DNA of 64,000 nt. It comes from Trichoplax sp. H2. Taxonomy: Eukaryota. Within the stretch, counting starts at the first letter, position 1. Each line of letters begins with the position of its first letter. The notes beneath the pieces were generated by a model, which was given only the letters and a program-made list of their open reading frames with translations, was not told where the DNA came from and did no database searches. The DNA is taken from positions 310,001 through 374,000 of the forward strand of contig NOWV01000001.1 of NCBI GenBank assembly GCA_003344405.1. The letters are read 5' to 3'. The translations under genes and the position numbers were made by a program. Shown here piece after piece: positions 48,001-61,389 of the stretch.

Positions 48001-49714
48001 CAGGGACTGCTCAAGAGAAAATTTGTACTCTCGCCCTCCACGCCCCCCATTCGATCCGGCCAGGCTTAACGGTCGACTTGACACTGATTGCAATAACAAT
48101 TATTATTATCATTAACTACTCGTCTAATCCACTTTGCTAGCTAGATTATTAGTGAATAGGCGTAATAATGACAGCATCGATACTACAACTACAACATTAT
48201 AAAAAGGTTAATATTGATTACATTAAATTGAACTAGTCTGTAAGTGAATAGTGAACAAGCATACAGTACAGTAAAATGATAGCTACGATGCTATGATTGC
48301 AACATTAGCAGCGGTTGTCATTGATTGTATGATACCAGGCATAGAGAAACTCAATACTCTCTACTCGCATAATTGAGTTGAGGATAGCTAACCCGTAGGC
48401 TAGTACACTTTCTAGCTAGGGTTTTCATGGGTGAACAAGTATAAAAATGATAGCTTCGATATTTCAATGGCATCGGTAATGGATAATTAAGGTAAGATTT
48501 TTATTCCCAGAAAAATATCAGAATACAGCAAAATTTTATTTCGGAGATAGTATGAGTTAAGAACTTGATGTTAATTTCCCCCCCCCCCAAATTTCTACTT
48601 TTATCGTAAATCGGCCGATGGAAATTATCCACTGCTCACTGCATGTCATACGATTCATATTGCACTAAGCTACTTGGTATATGGATGCTAATCACACTGT
48701 ACGTGCGCCCATGGAGAGTTATCGATAACCACATCGCTCAAATAGACTACTCCCAAGACGTCTTTCAAGCGACGAAAGGGATAAGCCCAATGATACTTTG
48801 CTAGCGACGTATAATAAATAATATGACAAATCGCAAGTCAATCACTTGCAAATCGCCTCTCCTATCGCACATTAAAACAAACATTTGCATTATTCGTAAA
48901 ATCTTGAAGCATGTTTATTAATCGCCATTAACCAAACGCCTTATACAGGTACATAAGGTTACAAATCTACATTCATATTCCTACATCAGACAAATTGATA
49001 CTGATAATAGTTCCCGTAAGTGTGGTAGTACAGTATAACAAGTGTATAAAATTATACTACATATTCACGACTGAAATTATAACTTCCTCTACCAATACAT
49101 ATTTTAAATCAAACGCAATCGCCACAATGTTCTTATCGCTCTGTATGTTTACCAATGAGTAAAATGATTAAAGAGTGATGCGCCCCTACTTACCATAAAA
49201 GCAATTAATAAAATACCCAAAGAGTAACCGATTGATATATTGTAAGATAACGACGCAAAATTCACAATATACAGTACGTCCATCCATCCATTATTAAATA
49301 ATGTAATAGACATTCGTATTGTAAATGAAAAGCAATGCATCGTAAAAAGAAATTACATACTAACTATATTCAGATTCTCTAACATCTTACAGTATGCTAT
49401 TAATGAAGATTAAAAAATCATAAGTGTAAAATATTGCACTTGTAATGAATATCACTGCGAAGCCTAGAATTGACAGCCATATTATTAAAGTATCACCACT
49501 TTACTATATCACTTTTTAAGTTCTGTCGTTATATACCTATCGATTTGAAAACATCTCATCAACTACTTGTCTTTGGCGATTCATACGATACTAGTAAATA
49601 ATTCAATAGCCAACTATAATCGTAACCATTTTATAACCATGGTAATATCTAGTATCACCAATGTATAGATATCTATTATTTTAAATAATCAGCTGTATTA
49701 AGTGGACGGCATAG

Positions 49715-52700
49715 TTAAGCAATAACGGCATTGCGTTGCCAAATAGTGATACTCGTACTAGATTCACAAATTTGACCTTTGCAAGCTTTTCGATAGGAAA
49801 TATTATAATTTTCTCGAAGATTAAACCTATGCCAATACAGTACAACAAACAGAATCAACATAAAGTGTAATCTGAATTTGAAAAAAAAGTTCCAGTTAAC
49901 TTACCATTTGCCGACCAAAGAATTTATGTAATCAGGCGACCTGTCGTAGTTAATAGCTACAACTAATCCATCAGTATTAACTACTTCTTTCAAACGCAGT
50001 ATCCAGGCTTTAAAGAAAAATAGTATATTACTATTCATACATCATAATAATTAACAACAAGAGAACAGTCATGCTTTTCAAAACTCAACCAGCCGATTGT
50101 TAGGAAACTAATAACACTTATCTCAAATAGAGAGTTGCAGGAAGAAAACTGAATCAGTTGCAAGAAGATAATACATGTGATATCCCGAAGGTAATTTAAG
50201 AAACTTATGTACGCTTGATCACGATCTTTATATTTTAAATAATATATAACTAAAGCAATATGTGATGCGTAAAAATGTATTGAAATTCTTGAAAGTAGTG
50301 ATTAATTCTTTCTATCTGTTAGACGCCTTTCAGATAGAAATACGAGATCCAGCTATAAATGGTGAAAAAGACAGCAATAGACCTCCACGATTTTTAACGT
50401 TTGTAACTTAGACAAGTGTAATAAAGACAATCAGGGATACGCAAAATTCATATATAGCAATACAAAATTATGTTGATACAACGTTACTAATATATATATA
50501 TACTGTAGCCCTAAAGGTCAATGTCACTGACATTCTACAACTACAATATTTACCAACCTTTGTCGTTGGCAACACGGTTCAGATGAGTAAGCAATACGAA
50601 ATCGAACATACAAATTTCATTTGGTAGCCACGTCAGCTAGAAAAAGTATACACGTTGCAATCATTATTTTTATATGCCATAATGATTCATCTATACATTA
50701 CGAGTAAATTATCATAAATAGTACCTGCATGAATGTAATCTTATCTCGATTTATCGTACTATCTGTTTTAATCACAATTTCATCATGCCCATCCTGACAA
50801 CATTTAATTTCACCGGTTTTTTTAGCCTTTAAGGCGGTATCAATTAGACGTCCACCAAAGTCGATTCCAACAACCTTAATTGTTATAATTGATTATACAC
50901 TATAATGTCTATAATTCATATCAATATATGTTTTAGATTACTGTATTCTTGATCTAATACGAGTATTACATATTGGCATACAGTAAATTGATACATATGG
51001 TACGTATCGTCAAAATGATAAATTTCACATAAAATAAACCTTATGAAAATATTTTGCGAGTTCAAAAGAATTTCTGCCAACTCCACAGCCGATATCAAGA
51101 GCACTGTCCGTATTAATACCGTACTCTTTTAAAGCCTTAATCCAAATGTTATCTACTTGAGAATATAATTCAGCCGATCCATTTTCGCAACCTACTCCGT
51201 CTATCTGAGATACCTTTGACACAAAATTATACCAAAATATTTTTATACGACTCAAATAAAATATCCAAGATGGTCATAATAACATACATTAACATTTCCA
51301 AACTGTGACAAAATGATTTCGTTTACAGCATCAATAGTATCGTATGAAAATTCTTCATTAGTACTTGATACATATCGATCATCGCAATTTTTTAGCAAAG
51401 GCTCATTGTCTGCAGTGGAAATTATCAACATTAACAAGAGACCTAATTCATATTGGAACAGAAACGTTATAGTAATAAAACATAAATAAGCCATACCTTC
51501 TACACCAACACCAAGGACAAACACTTCAGCATTGACGAGACGAACTGGGATATTAGCATCCGGATTATGACGTACAACACGAAAGCCCATATGTTGAAAG
51601 AAATGCCGTCTAAATGCAAATCGCGCATAGCAAGATGATAGACCACCTGTAGATGCCCACGAACCGTACTAAGATGGTTAATAAACAATGATAATGTATT
51701 AATGTAATCCTATTCCATTAGCTACCGGTAAATACATATATCACATTTAATACCATAATCATATTGTGCCTCCCATCAAAACAAGGAGTTGAAAAGTCAT
51801 GATAGACATAATGAGATTTGAAACCAGGTAAGCCATTAAAGTGGTCTTCAGCCCATTCCCAAACGTTTCCCATAATGTCATAGAATCCAGCAGATGATGG
51901 ACCATACAAATTAACGGGCTACAGCAAAAACGACTTAATTATAATTACAGTAGCGTCATGAGAACACTATTGTGCTTTACTTTACACTTACAGTGGAGGA
52001 ACAGTACTTCATATTTATATTACATTGAGGATTACTCTCAAACGCCATGTCACAGCGAGGAAATAGTGCAGAGTCATTAAGCTATAGAAAAATACGTGAT
52101 ATACGCTAGTTAAAATATCAAAAATTACTGAAGGCTCCTATATACTACTACAGTAAGTTTACTGGATCATAATTATATATCAATCACAAGTGGTCACATA
52201 CTTTACGACCAAGCATCAAACGGTACTCAGCCTCAGTAGGAAGGCGATAGTTTTGACCCAACCAACTACAATACGCTTTCGCTTCGTGATAATTTACTTC
52301 AACAGGCCAGTCAAGAGGCATATCAAGTACGTCGAATATTGCTCGGTATCTATAGTATGAAAATTTAATATGTACAAAATTTTTCAAGATAACACAAACT
52401 CAATAATAAATGAAAACGATTCAATTCATTGACGAATTTTATTTTATGTACTGGACACTGCTAATAACATCAATTATTATACAGTATAGAAAATGCAATG
52501 AAACTGTGGTATAATAACCATGCGATAATACAAAAAGATACCGGTAAAATCTCAGAAAAAATATTACCTATAGTTAGAATTGGAACAGTTTTGTCCATTC
52601 CGAGAATTAGAGCCATTAGTACTATCTCCATTTTGAGGTCTTCCATTACAATGTGAATAAGATGCTAGTGATGCTCCGCATCCTGATTTACATCCTAACA

Positions 52701-55700
52701 GGACACATGTATAAACGTATTTATATATAAATTATGGAATAGATTTTATTTAAAATTTATGAATAATTTGTAAATGAATGCAAATCTTTACCTTCATTGC
52801 AAACCCAGAAGGTAGGATGCTTAGCCTCTCGATATTCTTTCCAGTGCCACCCTAATTTCGAAAGAATTACGATATTAGATAATTAAGTGACGCGGTCATT
52901 AAAATGATCGCATAACTTTATTATACCTTCATCAGTCCAGAACTCTTTCTTATCATATCCTCCAGCTTTGACGAATTTTAAGAATTCATAGTTGGTAACC
53001 GGAAATTCCTGTGCTTCAAATGATGGAACCCTAAATATTAACAATTCCTAGTTAATGATACTGCATAACATTGCTAACATATAAGTATAACCTACCATAT
53101 AACGCACTATAGCACCGTAAACAGACAAAAATTATGTACGGATACTTACTCAACTGTTGCTTCTCCATACTCATTATCCCAACCAAACGAAGGAAAGTCT
53201 CTCGACTTGCCGAATTTAACAACGCTACCATCAACCCGTATAAAGGGATTTTCGTAAACACGACCATCTATCAATTGATACATAAAAGTAATGGCAATAC
53301 AGCAACTTTAGCAAGCGATATAAAACTAAAATTTTCAATCTAACTGTATACAATAGGTTAAAATTTCACTGCAGAATTACAGTAACGATTAGTTTTAGAA
53401 ATATTACTTGAACTTTCCAAGGGTCCATAATTCCAGTTAACAGGTTTCGTAACCAAATCCACGGGCATTTGACGAATTAAAACACTAGAAGTTTCAAAAT
53501 GAATTCTATAACAGAAAAATATTCGCTTGATTAGATACAGTAAAGAACATGCAAGCACTAATACTTTAATTATTAATACCTTTCATGGTCCAGGCCTAAC
53601 ATGACAGCCCACTACAATAACATAAAACAAAATTTTTTATTCTCGTCGAAATTTGCTACATACCATAGACTCAACTATAAAGATTGCATATTAACGGTAA
53701 TTTTAATGCATTCGCGAAACTCTTACCCATGGGCTATCTTGCGTAATCGGTAATACCAGTGGTGCTGTATCGATAACATCAAGCACAACTTTTCGTACTT
53801 TTGCACGATAATCAAGTATATCCTTTACAGAAGGCCATTTAAAGTTACCACCCATACGATAATTCTCCTAGCAGGGAAAAACGAAAATGATGGAAAGTCC
53901 AGTAAAATGCAATTGACTTGCTATAATACATTAAGAGATAAATATATATATATATATATGATTGTTGTAGCATTGAAGTCTCAAATAATCATTATGTGAC
54001 ACAAAGCTCCAAAATTAATTTAATTAATGATTGTAAACTGAATATTAAAAGAGTTACTGTGTTGCCAATAATAATTGCATATTATTCCTCCAACAGTAAT
54101 CAAAATTCTACTTTTCAACGAGCAAATTGACTACTATCTTATGTACCAAGTTGCAGCTTGTTTTCTAGAAATTTTGATTACTGCTAACTGGAAAGTATCA
54201 GTACAAGAACAGTCGTAACTACAACATGCAGAAAGTCTATCAACTTGTCCTATTTATATATCGACGGATTTGAGCTACTAAATGCAGGTACAGTGTACAG
54301 TATTATTACTTGGATTTATTACCGTATCATCCCAGGACATTTCATCGACGCCAGTTTCCATTAAAGTTTCGATTTCTAGATCGACACGTTCCTTCACAGA
54401 CAATATTGAAATTTTTTTAATTTATTAAAGTCCGTTAAAGGCAAGTTAAGCACTATCTTGTCTCACAGGTAAATATAGAACAATCTATAGCAAGGCTTCC
54501 TGATCTATCAAGTAACTTGCGAAAGAATTTTTGAAGATAGCCTAACATTCGTGCGCATTCTAAACTTTCCTAATATATATATTCTAATTATGTCACAATT
54601 AGGGTTTACCGTAAGCTAAAAACCTTATTTTAAAATACGCCATTAAGTAAAAATCTAGATTCAATGATAGCTTAAATTACGATGGAAACAGAACGCAGAT
54701 GAGGAACATTTCATCATGAGTTCTTACATTAATAGCATTCTACGTGTATACTGTACTGTACAATAATAATTTAACTTAAAATGTAATGCTGATTCTATGA
54801 ACTAATCAAAGCGATTACAGTATATACTAATGTACGAGCTCGTACTATACGATGGACAGCTAGTACAAGCGTTAGCGTAATTAAATACTATAGATCTACA
54901 CTCAAACCTTGATCAAACCAGCTAGCATCAACTTGTTTATAAGTACTGCAGCGGTATGTCCGTAATAGAAAATTAAAGGCAAGCGAAGACGATCGGGACA
55001 ACAGTAGAAGCTCGATTCATCTATTTAATAGAGATAGCATGAAGAATTGAAACTTAATAATTTACTCAGAATAGAATTCTTCTATCGTAATATTAAGAAG
55101 TATAATCTCAAAAAAAGAAATAACTGTAAAGTTTTCAAATATTGCGCTATACTGCTAATACAAAAGCTTAAATACGTAAAATATCATAATCATTTATTTG
55201 TACTAATATCCGTACCTATGCAATATCTTATTCATATACTATAGATTATAAATTCAGCGAGACTATTGCATGATTACTGTAGTGTACTCAAGAAAGTAAA
55301 CTTCTCCATTAGACGACAACATAGGCTGTAGTATACGTATTTAAAATCGATAAAATACAATACTTCGGAAATACCTTTTAAACTTGTAAATAAGGTTTCA
55401 TCCAAATCGTAGCCATTGATGAAATATTCTCGAATATCACTAGTGAAGGATGTTAAAAAGTTATTTTTTTTATAGTTTTTGGTTACATTAAAGCAGTAAA
55501 AGTGTATAATCACAGCATAGAAGCACATCAGGGAATTAAGCATAGTATCAGTGCTTGTTCCTCAATATAGGTATAATACTAGCATTGAAGCTCTACCATG
55601 CATCATTTTCATCGGTAGCTATATCCACAAAGGGTATGATATTTTTACGTATCATTTAACTGAAATTTAGGTACTGTAATTAGAAATTGCGTCGTGATCA

Positions 55701-57414
55701 ATGCTATGGCATCGAGTACATGGTAAAGTTGAGCTGTTGATAGGTATGGGCACGGTTCAATACTTGTTGATATTAAAGATTAATTAACATATTTCTTCAC
55801 TGTTGTACGTATACCCTCCAATGTAGCAACACTATCACTACTTTAAATAAGATATTGGTATTGATATATAACGGCATAGTCTGGCAGTATACTATACGCG
55901 TATAGTAAATTCTGCATACTTTAGCTTGTAATACCTTATGTACCCTTGTTTATTTGTTACTAATTTAATTAATTAATCTGAAAGAAAACGCTTATGAGTT
56001 ACTACCTGACCGTCATTGATCTACTTTAATAACACTTTTTAAGAAATGCATAGAACAAATCTAAATAAATAAATGACAAGAGAAATCCGTCCTGGAATAA
56101 CTAATAATTTGTTTACAGTATTTGTGAGTCTTAACATTTGGTAAAGTCCGTCAGTGTTTACGAGTGTGATGAGTATGTACATTGTACAGTAACTGACAAA
56201 TAACAATTATAGCTAATCAGTGAGATCATCACTCGAGGGCTTCTAAGTCCGTTCCTTAGTATTTACATTATAAAAGTGGGAAAAACTACAGTCCATAACC
56301 CCTCTCGGACTTGATCAACATTATAAGTTTAATTAACGTATTTGGGATGAAGTATCCACACTGCAATGTGTTAATGTATTACAGACTAGTATCCATCGAG
56401 ACATAAAGAAAGACTCTTTTACCACTCTAACTCGACGGTATTATGAGTGATTCATTATACACGTACATTACTGCTATCTGTGTAGGTATACAATATATAG
56501 GCGTAAAGTATAAAGGCCGTGCAGACTACTAAATTATTGTATGTACACTCAATCAGTACACAAAGTATGCCAAGCAGGGGTTCGACTTGTCTAGATAAAT
56601 TATTAAATAACCACAGATACAAGTTTTTTGTCTCCTTCAATGCTGTACCTATTAACTGAATTAAAGTAGGTCACGTTTACGCGTTGACGGCTATTACCGA
56701 CAAGGATTTGGAAAACAAATTACAACATGACTTAAATATACATACTATTTATACACGATGATAATTAAATGGAGATAGCGCAGCAACGGCCTATATAAAG
56801 CAAAGGCTTAGGCCGCCTATAGCTAGCTATCAACGTGTAGACAATGAGCAAGTCTTCTAAAGATGACTGCTTATGTCATTATCACGTACCCTATAGTTCA
56901 ATATCTAAATCAAGGAAGAATGTACTACTTCAGGGAAAAAATGCGCTCAAATTTCCATACTAACATCTTCATTTTAAATTAAGCAATTCATGAATATTAA
57001 CAATGATCATTATGATTCTTGAATAACAAAAAAAAGCATTCATAACTGCCATACCCACTAATGATAATCGTGTTGGAAATAAATGATATACTCATAGATA
57101 CGGAACTGTACTTTACTACTTTAGTATAGCGTATGCAATCACAAATTTGGAAATACTGTACGGTGTAAAACTTGATAAAAGTTGTTTTAGAAGTGAAAAG
57201 AGCAAATCAAAGATGAATCAAGCCACTTGCATACAATGCTGTATAGCAACTAGAATCACGTTTGAATAACATACAGTACTATTGGGTGTTAGGAACTTTC
57301 AATTAATTATTGCTTATCCGCAAACACTTACTTTCGAGAACAATTAGATAGATTGATCGAACGAGATGATGTGCAGGCTAGTGATCCAGTTAAACGACAA
57401 TCTTTTCCAACCAT
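49715..57414 (-). CDS. ovoA: Ovothiol synthase OvoA (5-histidylcysteine sulfoxide synthase): DinB-like + FGE-sulfatase + SAM methyltransferase domains, multi-exon
   Basis: Probable first coding exon 57414-57332 (MVGKDC...SINLSNCSR) splices to 55439-55375 (DIREYFINGYDL). Then DRLRLPLIFYYGHTA, ETGVDEMSWDD, iron motif HER|IHFE (HX3HXE), DWPVEVNYHEAKAYC, GNVWEW, HYVYHDFSTPCFDGRH, FAFRRHFFQHMGFR, and the MTase ALDIGCGVGRNSFELA...QLTWLPNE. Stop at 49715. The start is less certain than the rest. Confidence 0.93.
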
Positions 57415-59574
57415 ACCTATCATGTCAACAAATGGATAAAGCAATATTAATATACTGTATAATTGATTAATTAATTTAAAATTCATTCGAATGTACTATC
57501 ACTCGGTACATCAATGATTTAATCTTGCATTTAATTAAATTTATTTTAATCTAGTACCGTACTTCAATTATAATTACAATAAATTCATGACTAACTATAT
57601 AAGGTCAAGGTACAGTATTTTTTTTTCGCGGAATGATCAAGCGGGGTCGAAAAAGCCTTTAATAACAACATTATTCATTACAATTTTTTGAAAAATTAGT
57701 CCGACAAGGTGCATTACTCCTGCTACCCAAAGCAAGTAGGAATACATTATAGGAATAAATCTATCAACGCTATTCTTGACGTCGTTACACAATAGGATAA
57801 CCAACTTGTATTACGATTTGGCTCAATTTCAACGTCGTCTTCAAGGCGATACATGATTGAAAAAAATGACGATTAGGGGGGGCCCTCGATCAGGTGACTA
57901 CTTTGCAATATTGCAATAGCAGTGCTTCAACGATCGTCAGTTGATTAATTGTAATCCAAGTTAAGTCAATCATGATCAATTCCCTTCCTTCATTACAAGA
58001 GAATTTTTACGATACTGTAGTTTCACTACAGGACAGCAGTGTTTTGTAACGAAGGTCAAATGACTTAGGAAAGTATAAAACAGAAAGTATTTAAGAAGAC
58101 TAAAAATTCCGTTCTACGCGTATGAATTAATAGCAAATCATTCAAACTCATTTCGAATATGGTCCTGAAAGCAATAATGTACTGCTTTATAGGCAACGAT
58201 CCTAAATAGCGAAAACTCCTTGTTAGGAATCCGATCATACAGTACATCATAATAAAAAAAAAAAAAAATACGTCGGATACTAAGCTGTACTGTAGTCGCA
58301 AGAACTTGGATTTGATCCAACTTTCAATAACTGTTGGCGGTGATAATTTTCGGTACAGTATCATTAATTCATTAAAAGTTGACGAAGCCAACAAACAGTT
58401 AACATCAAACATACCGTATTTGCCTACAAGTTAATCACACAGGGAAGAAAGAAGAAGAAATATAACACAACGTCCATGAATACAGATTCTAACGACTCAA
58501 TCGGCCGAACAATCAAGTTATCGTTGTCATTACATTATAATTTATCATTCAATTAAGGAAGTCTTTCAATTTGTAAAAAATAAAAATGAATTTTTTATTT
58601 TTTTCATAAAGTTTTGCTGCAAAAGTTGAAACGAACCGGACAAAACCATTTCGTCCCTACCATAATGATAAAACATTACAGCGCGAGCAAAATGTAAAGC
58701 ACATGGCCCGACAAACTTATGTGCTCTGATTGAGCGTATAACTCCATCTAGTACTCGTTTAGTGCACGCTGTACAGTATGTCCAAAATGCAATTTCTATC
58801 GGACCAAACGATGGAAAATAAGGCAGCTACCTGCCGGTTTTCTGCTAGCATTCCAATACTCACCATCGCTAGCACGTTTTATCGATTTGGATTGTACAGT
58901 ACAGTAAATAACATTGCACAAGAATGTTGAGATTGAAAGAGTGAATGAGGAATAGGAAAATGGGTTGGATTTGACTCCATTAGGGTGTTGTTATGATATT
59001 CTACTACTGTCGAACACAATTTCATCATCATCATCAGACAGATCGTAACCAAGCTGCAAAACACCGTTATTAAAACGATACCTTTTTCATTTTCATGTCC
59101 TCTTCAAAATAAATAAATAAAGCAGTAGCGAATGCATGCTTTCCATGATTATCATCGACCGTACCTTGCCTCAACACTATCGGATTATGAACAATTTCTA
59201 CTGTAGTTGGAAAAGCCATTGGAGAAATCATTGCATGTTGGAAACTATCAAGTTCAAAGTACGATCGATCGTAAATTCATCATCCCTTGGTCCCCCATGT
59301 CGTTCTCACACTAGACATTATCCTATCGCACTCAATAACCAAGTCAGTTACGCATCTAGCGCAACTCTACTATGGATACAACACCTACTAAACCAATACG
59401 ATCATCGATTGCCAATGATTAACTTACTTGTTCAATCTACCTGTGATCACAAATTGAACTTTTCCACCACAAGAAAAACTAAAACAACAATTTCACGGAC
59501 GAGATTTGTTCGTCAACGGAGCGTTTCCCTTATGGGGTGGTACGCGGGTCACCTTTCATGCTAATTGACGTGTT

Positions 59575-61035
59575 GGTACAGTACGGTACGATACAGATCC
59601 CATGGCTTTCACAGCGCTCTACAGTACGCGGTACTGTAGGCCACAGTACTTCGCACAGTGGCTTACAGTACTATGTGCTGTAGACTAGAGTTTAGAAAAA
59701 AAACATACTGTACTGTAGAGCGCTTATTTAACCCAGTATGGATGGTGGTGTCGCCAGTGATGGACGCTGCGGTCTCTACCGCCGCCATTTATTAATAGTA
59801 TAGTATCGTCAAACTTTCCATACAGATCCTTTTTTATTTTTTTTTTACTTGTATGCAACTTTTCTAGGGCCATCATTACTGTACGACGTACGTCCATACA
59901 AGGCGACAAGAAACGCTTGCTCATTGCTTTAGTCCCAATGATCAACAAAAGTAACTAGGAAAATCATTGCGACCAGGCCAATGAGCAAGCGTATCTTGTC
60001 GTCTTGTAATCATGCTCCTTTTTCTAGCATCTGTCAGCTAAATTGGATCACGTTTTTTAAGGATCCGTATTGTGCTGTAAAATCATTCTGTAAATAGTGT
60101 AACATCACGAGAGGGAGGATGCGAGGGTGTAGACGTGTAGGCTAAATAAATAAGTAAATAAATAAATGTACCCAGTAGAGATCTTCAGAGAGCGACCTAC
60201 GTCATGCCCATGACATGGGTACAGTACCAAAATTAGGTCCATCTGTACTACAGTATCGTGTCTTATTGTACTGTACTGTACACTCTGTAGTACAGTATAC
60301 TGTATGGTATGTACAGTACTGTACAGTTCTACACTATCGATTAGCGATCGACCCGCTGAAATGGCAGGAGAAAACCTACAGTACTCTACACTGTGTATAG
60401 TACAGTATGTACTGTACTGAAAGAGTGTACTGTACTGCAAGGAAGCCATGGGCTTCTTCTGTAGTACCTATTTTTGAATAGTTCATGGTCAACCATGGGT
60501 TTAAAGCAAAGTAAAATAGTATGAGTTACCCACTGTTAGCAGTAAATAAATAAAGAAATAACAGTAAGATAGTCAAGTCCAGCCCCAAGAATAGAGGGAG
60601 GGAGTTCCCTTCAAAAAATTCATCGTGTCAATCGACCTTAAGTAAGCAGTAATCGACCCAAGAGCGATCATTAGCTTTTGATTAGCTGACATTGATACCC
60701 GGACACAGGCAGCTACACGACTCCGTAACGCTGGCTGATCGATCAACTTCTTTCGGTCGAAGAAGAAATTAGCAAAGAGTAAAGTTGAGAGCTACGTAGA
60801 CAAACGAAATGATGCTATTCAAATGATAATAACTTTCATGACTGAAGTAAATGATTGCAGTACTTCTGCAAACTGAACCAGCGACTTGTAAGAGAAAATT
60901 CAAATTTTCTCTTATTTCTTTCTATAAATAAACATATTCTTTGACAAGCTTCTGACTGAATATGTTGTGTACACTAGAGACCCTTCGAGAGACAGTACAC
61001 TATACTGTACTGTATAACATACGGTACGGTACAAT
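59575..61035. promoter_or_regulatory. Three GTACAGTA/TACTGTAC motif arrays; candidate promoter region for OvoA and/or an unannotated transcript
   Basis: Clusters at ~59575-59720, ~60218-60440 and ~60990-61035, with the same vocabulary as the arrays upstream of POLR1A/COA7, TRIR, SAMD1-like and KIF2. Confidence 0.5.
59897..60008 (+). other. Long inverted repeat / hairpin with 46-nt arms and a 20-nt loop
   Basis: Arm 1 is 59897-59942 (tacaaggcgacaagaaacgcttgctcattgctttagtcccaatgat). Arm 2 is 59963-60008 (atcattgcgaccaggccaatgagcaagcgtatcttgtcgtcttgta). They pair without gaps. Confidence 0.85.
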
Positions 61036-61389
61036 ATAATATATCACGAGTATCGGTTCGACCAGCTTCGACTAGTTCAATGAATTAATTAATCAGAAAA
61101 AGACCTTGGGTTTCCAATTCCGCATGGTATCGACAGGTGCTACTCAAACAGACTCAAAAGAAAGAGGCGGTCGGGAAATGGTCATTTCACCTGTGACATA
61201 CTGTATATCTGCAACCTGTCTGTACAGTAATGTACAGCAACATATTTATGCATGAAAAGCACCTTTCTGAGCCAACTAAAATGGGGAAAGCACTTGTAGC
61301 GTTTTGACGCCATGTGGTAGATTGAGCCGAGAGTAGTAGAAGAGAAAATGATCGGCTACGATATTGGCTGGGAATAGTTCTTTATTATT

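Noticed and set aside
55600-56700. Alternative OvoA first exons (e.g. ATG at 56016)
   Set aside because: The exon at 57414-57332 has a stronger donor (gtaagt), the correct phase and an OvoA-like INLSNCS motif.
59136-59564. 142-aa ORF, and ORFs at 58065-58412
   Set aside because: No recognisable domain or transposase motif and no supporting exon chain; they lie in the probable OvoA upstream region.
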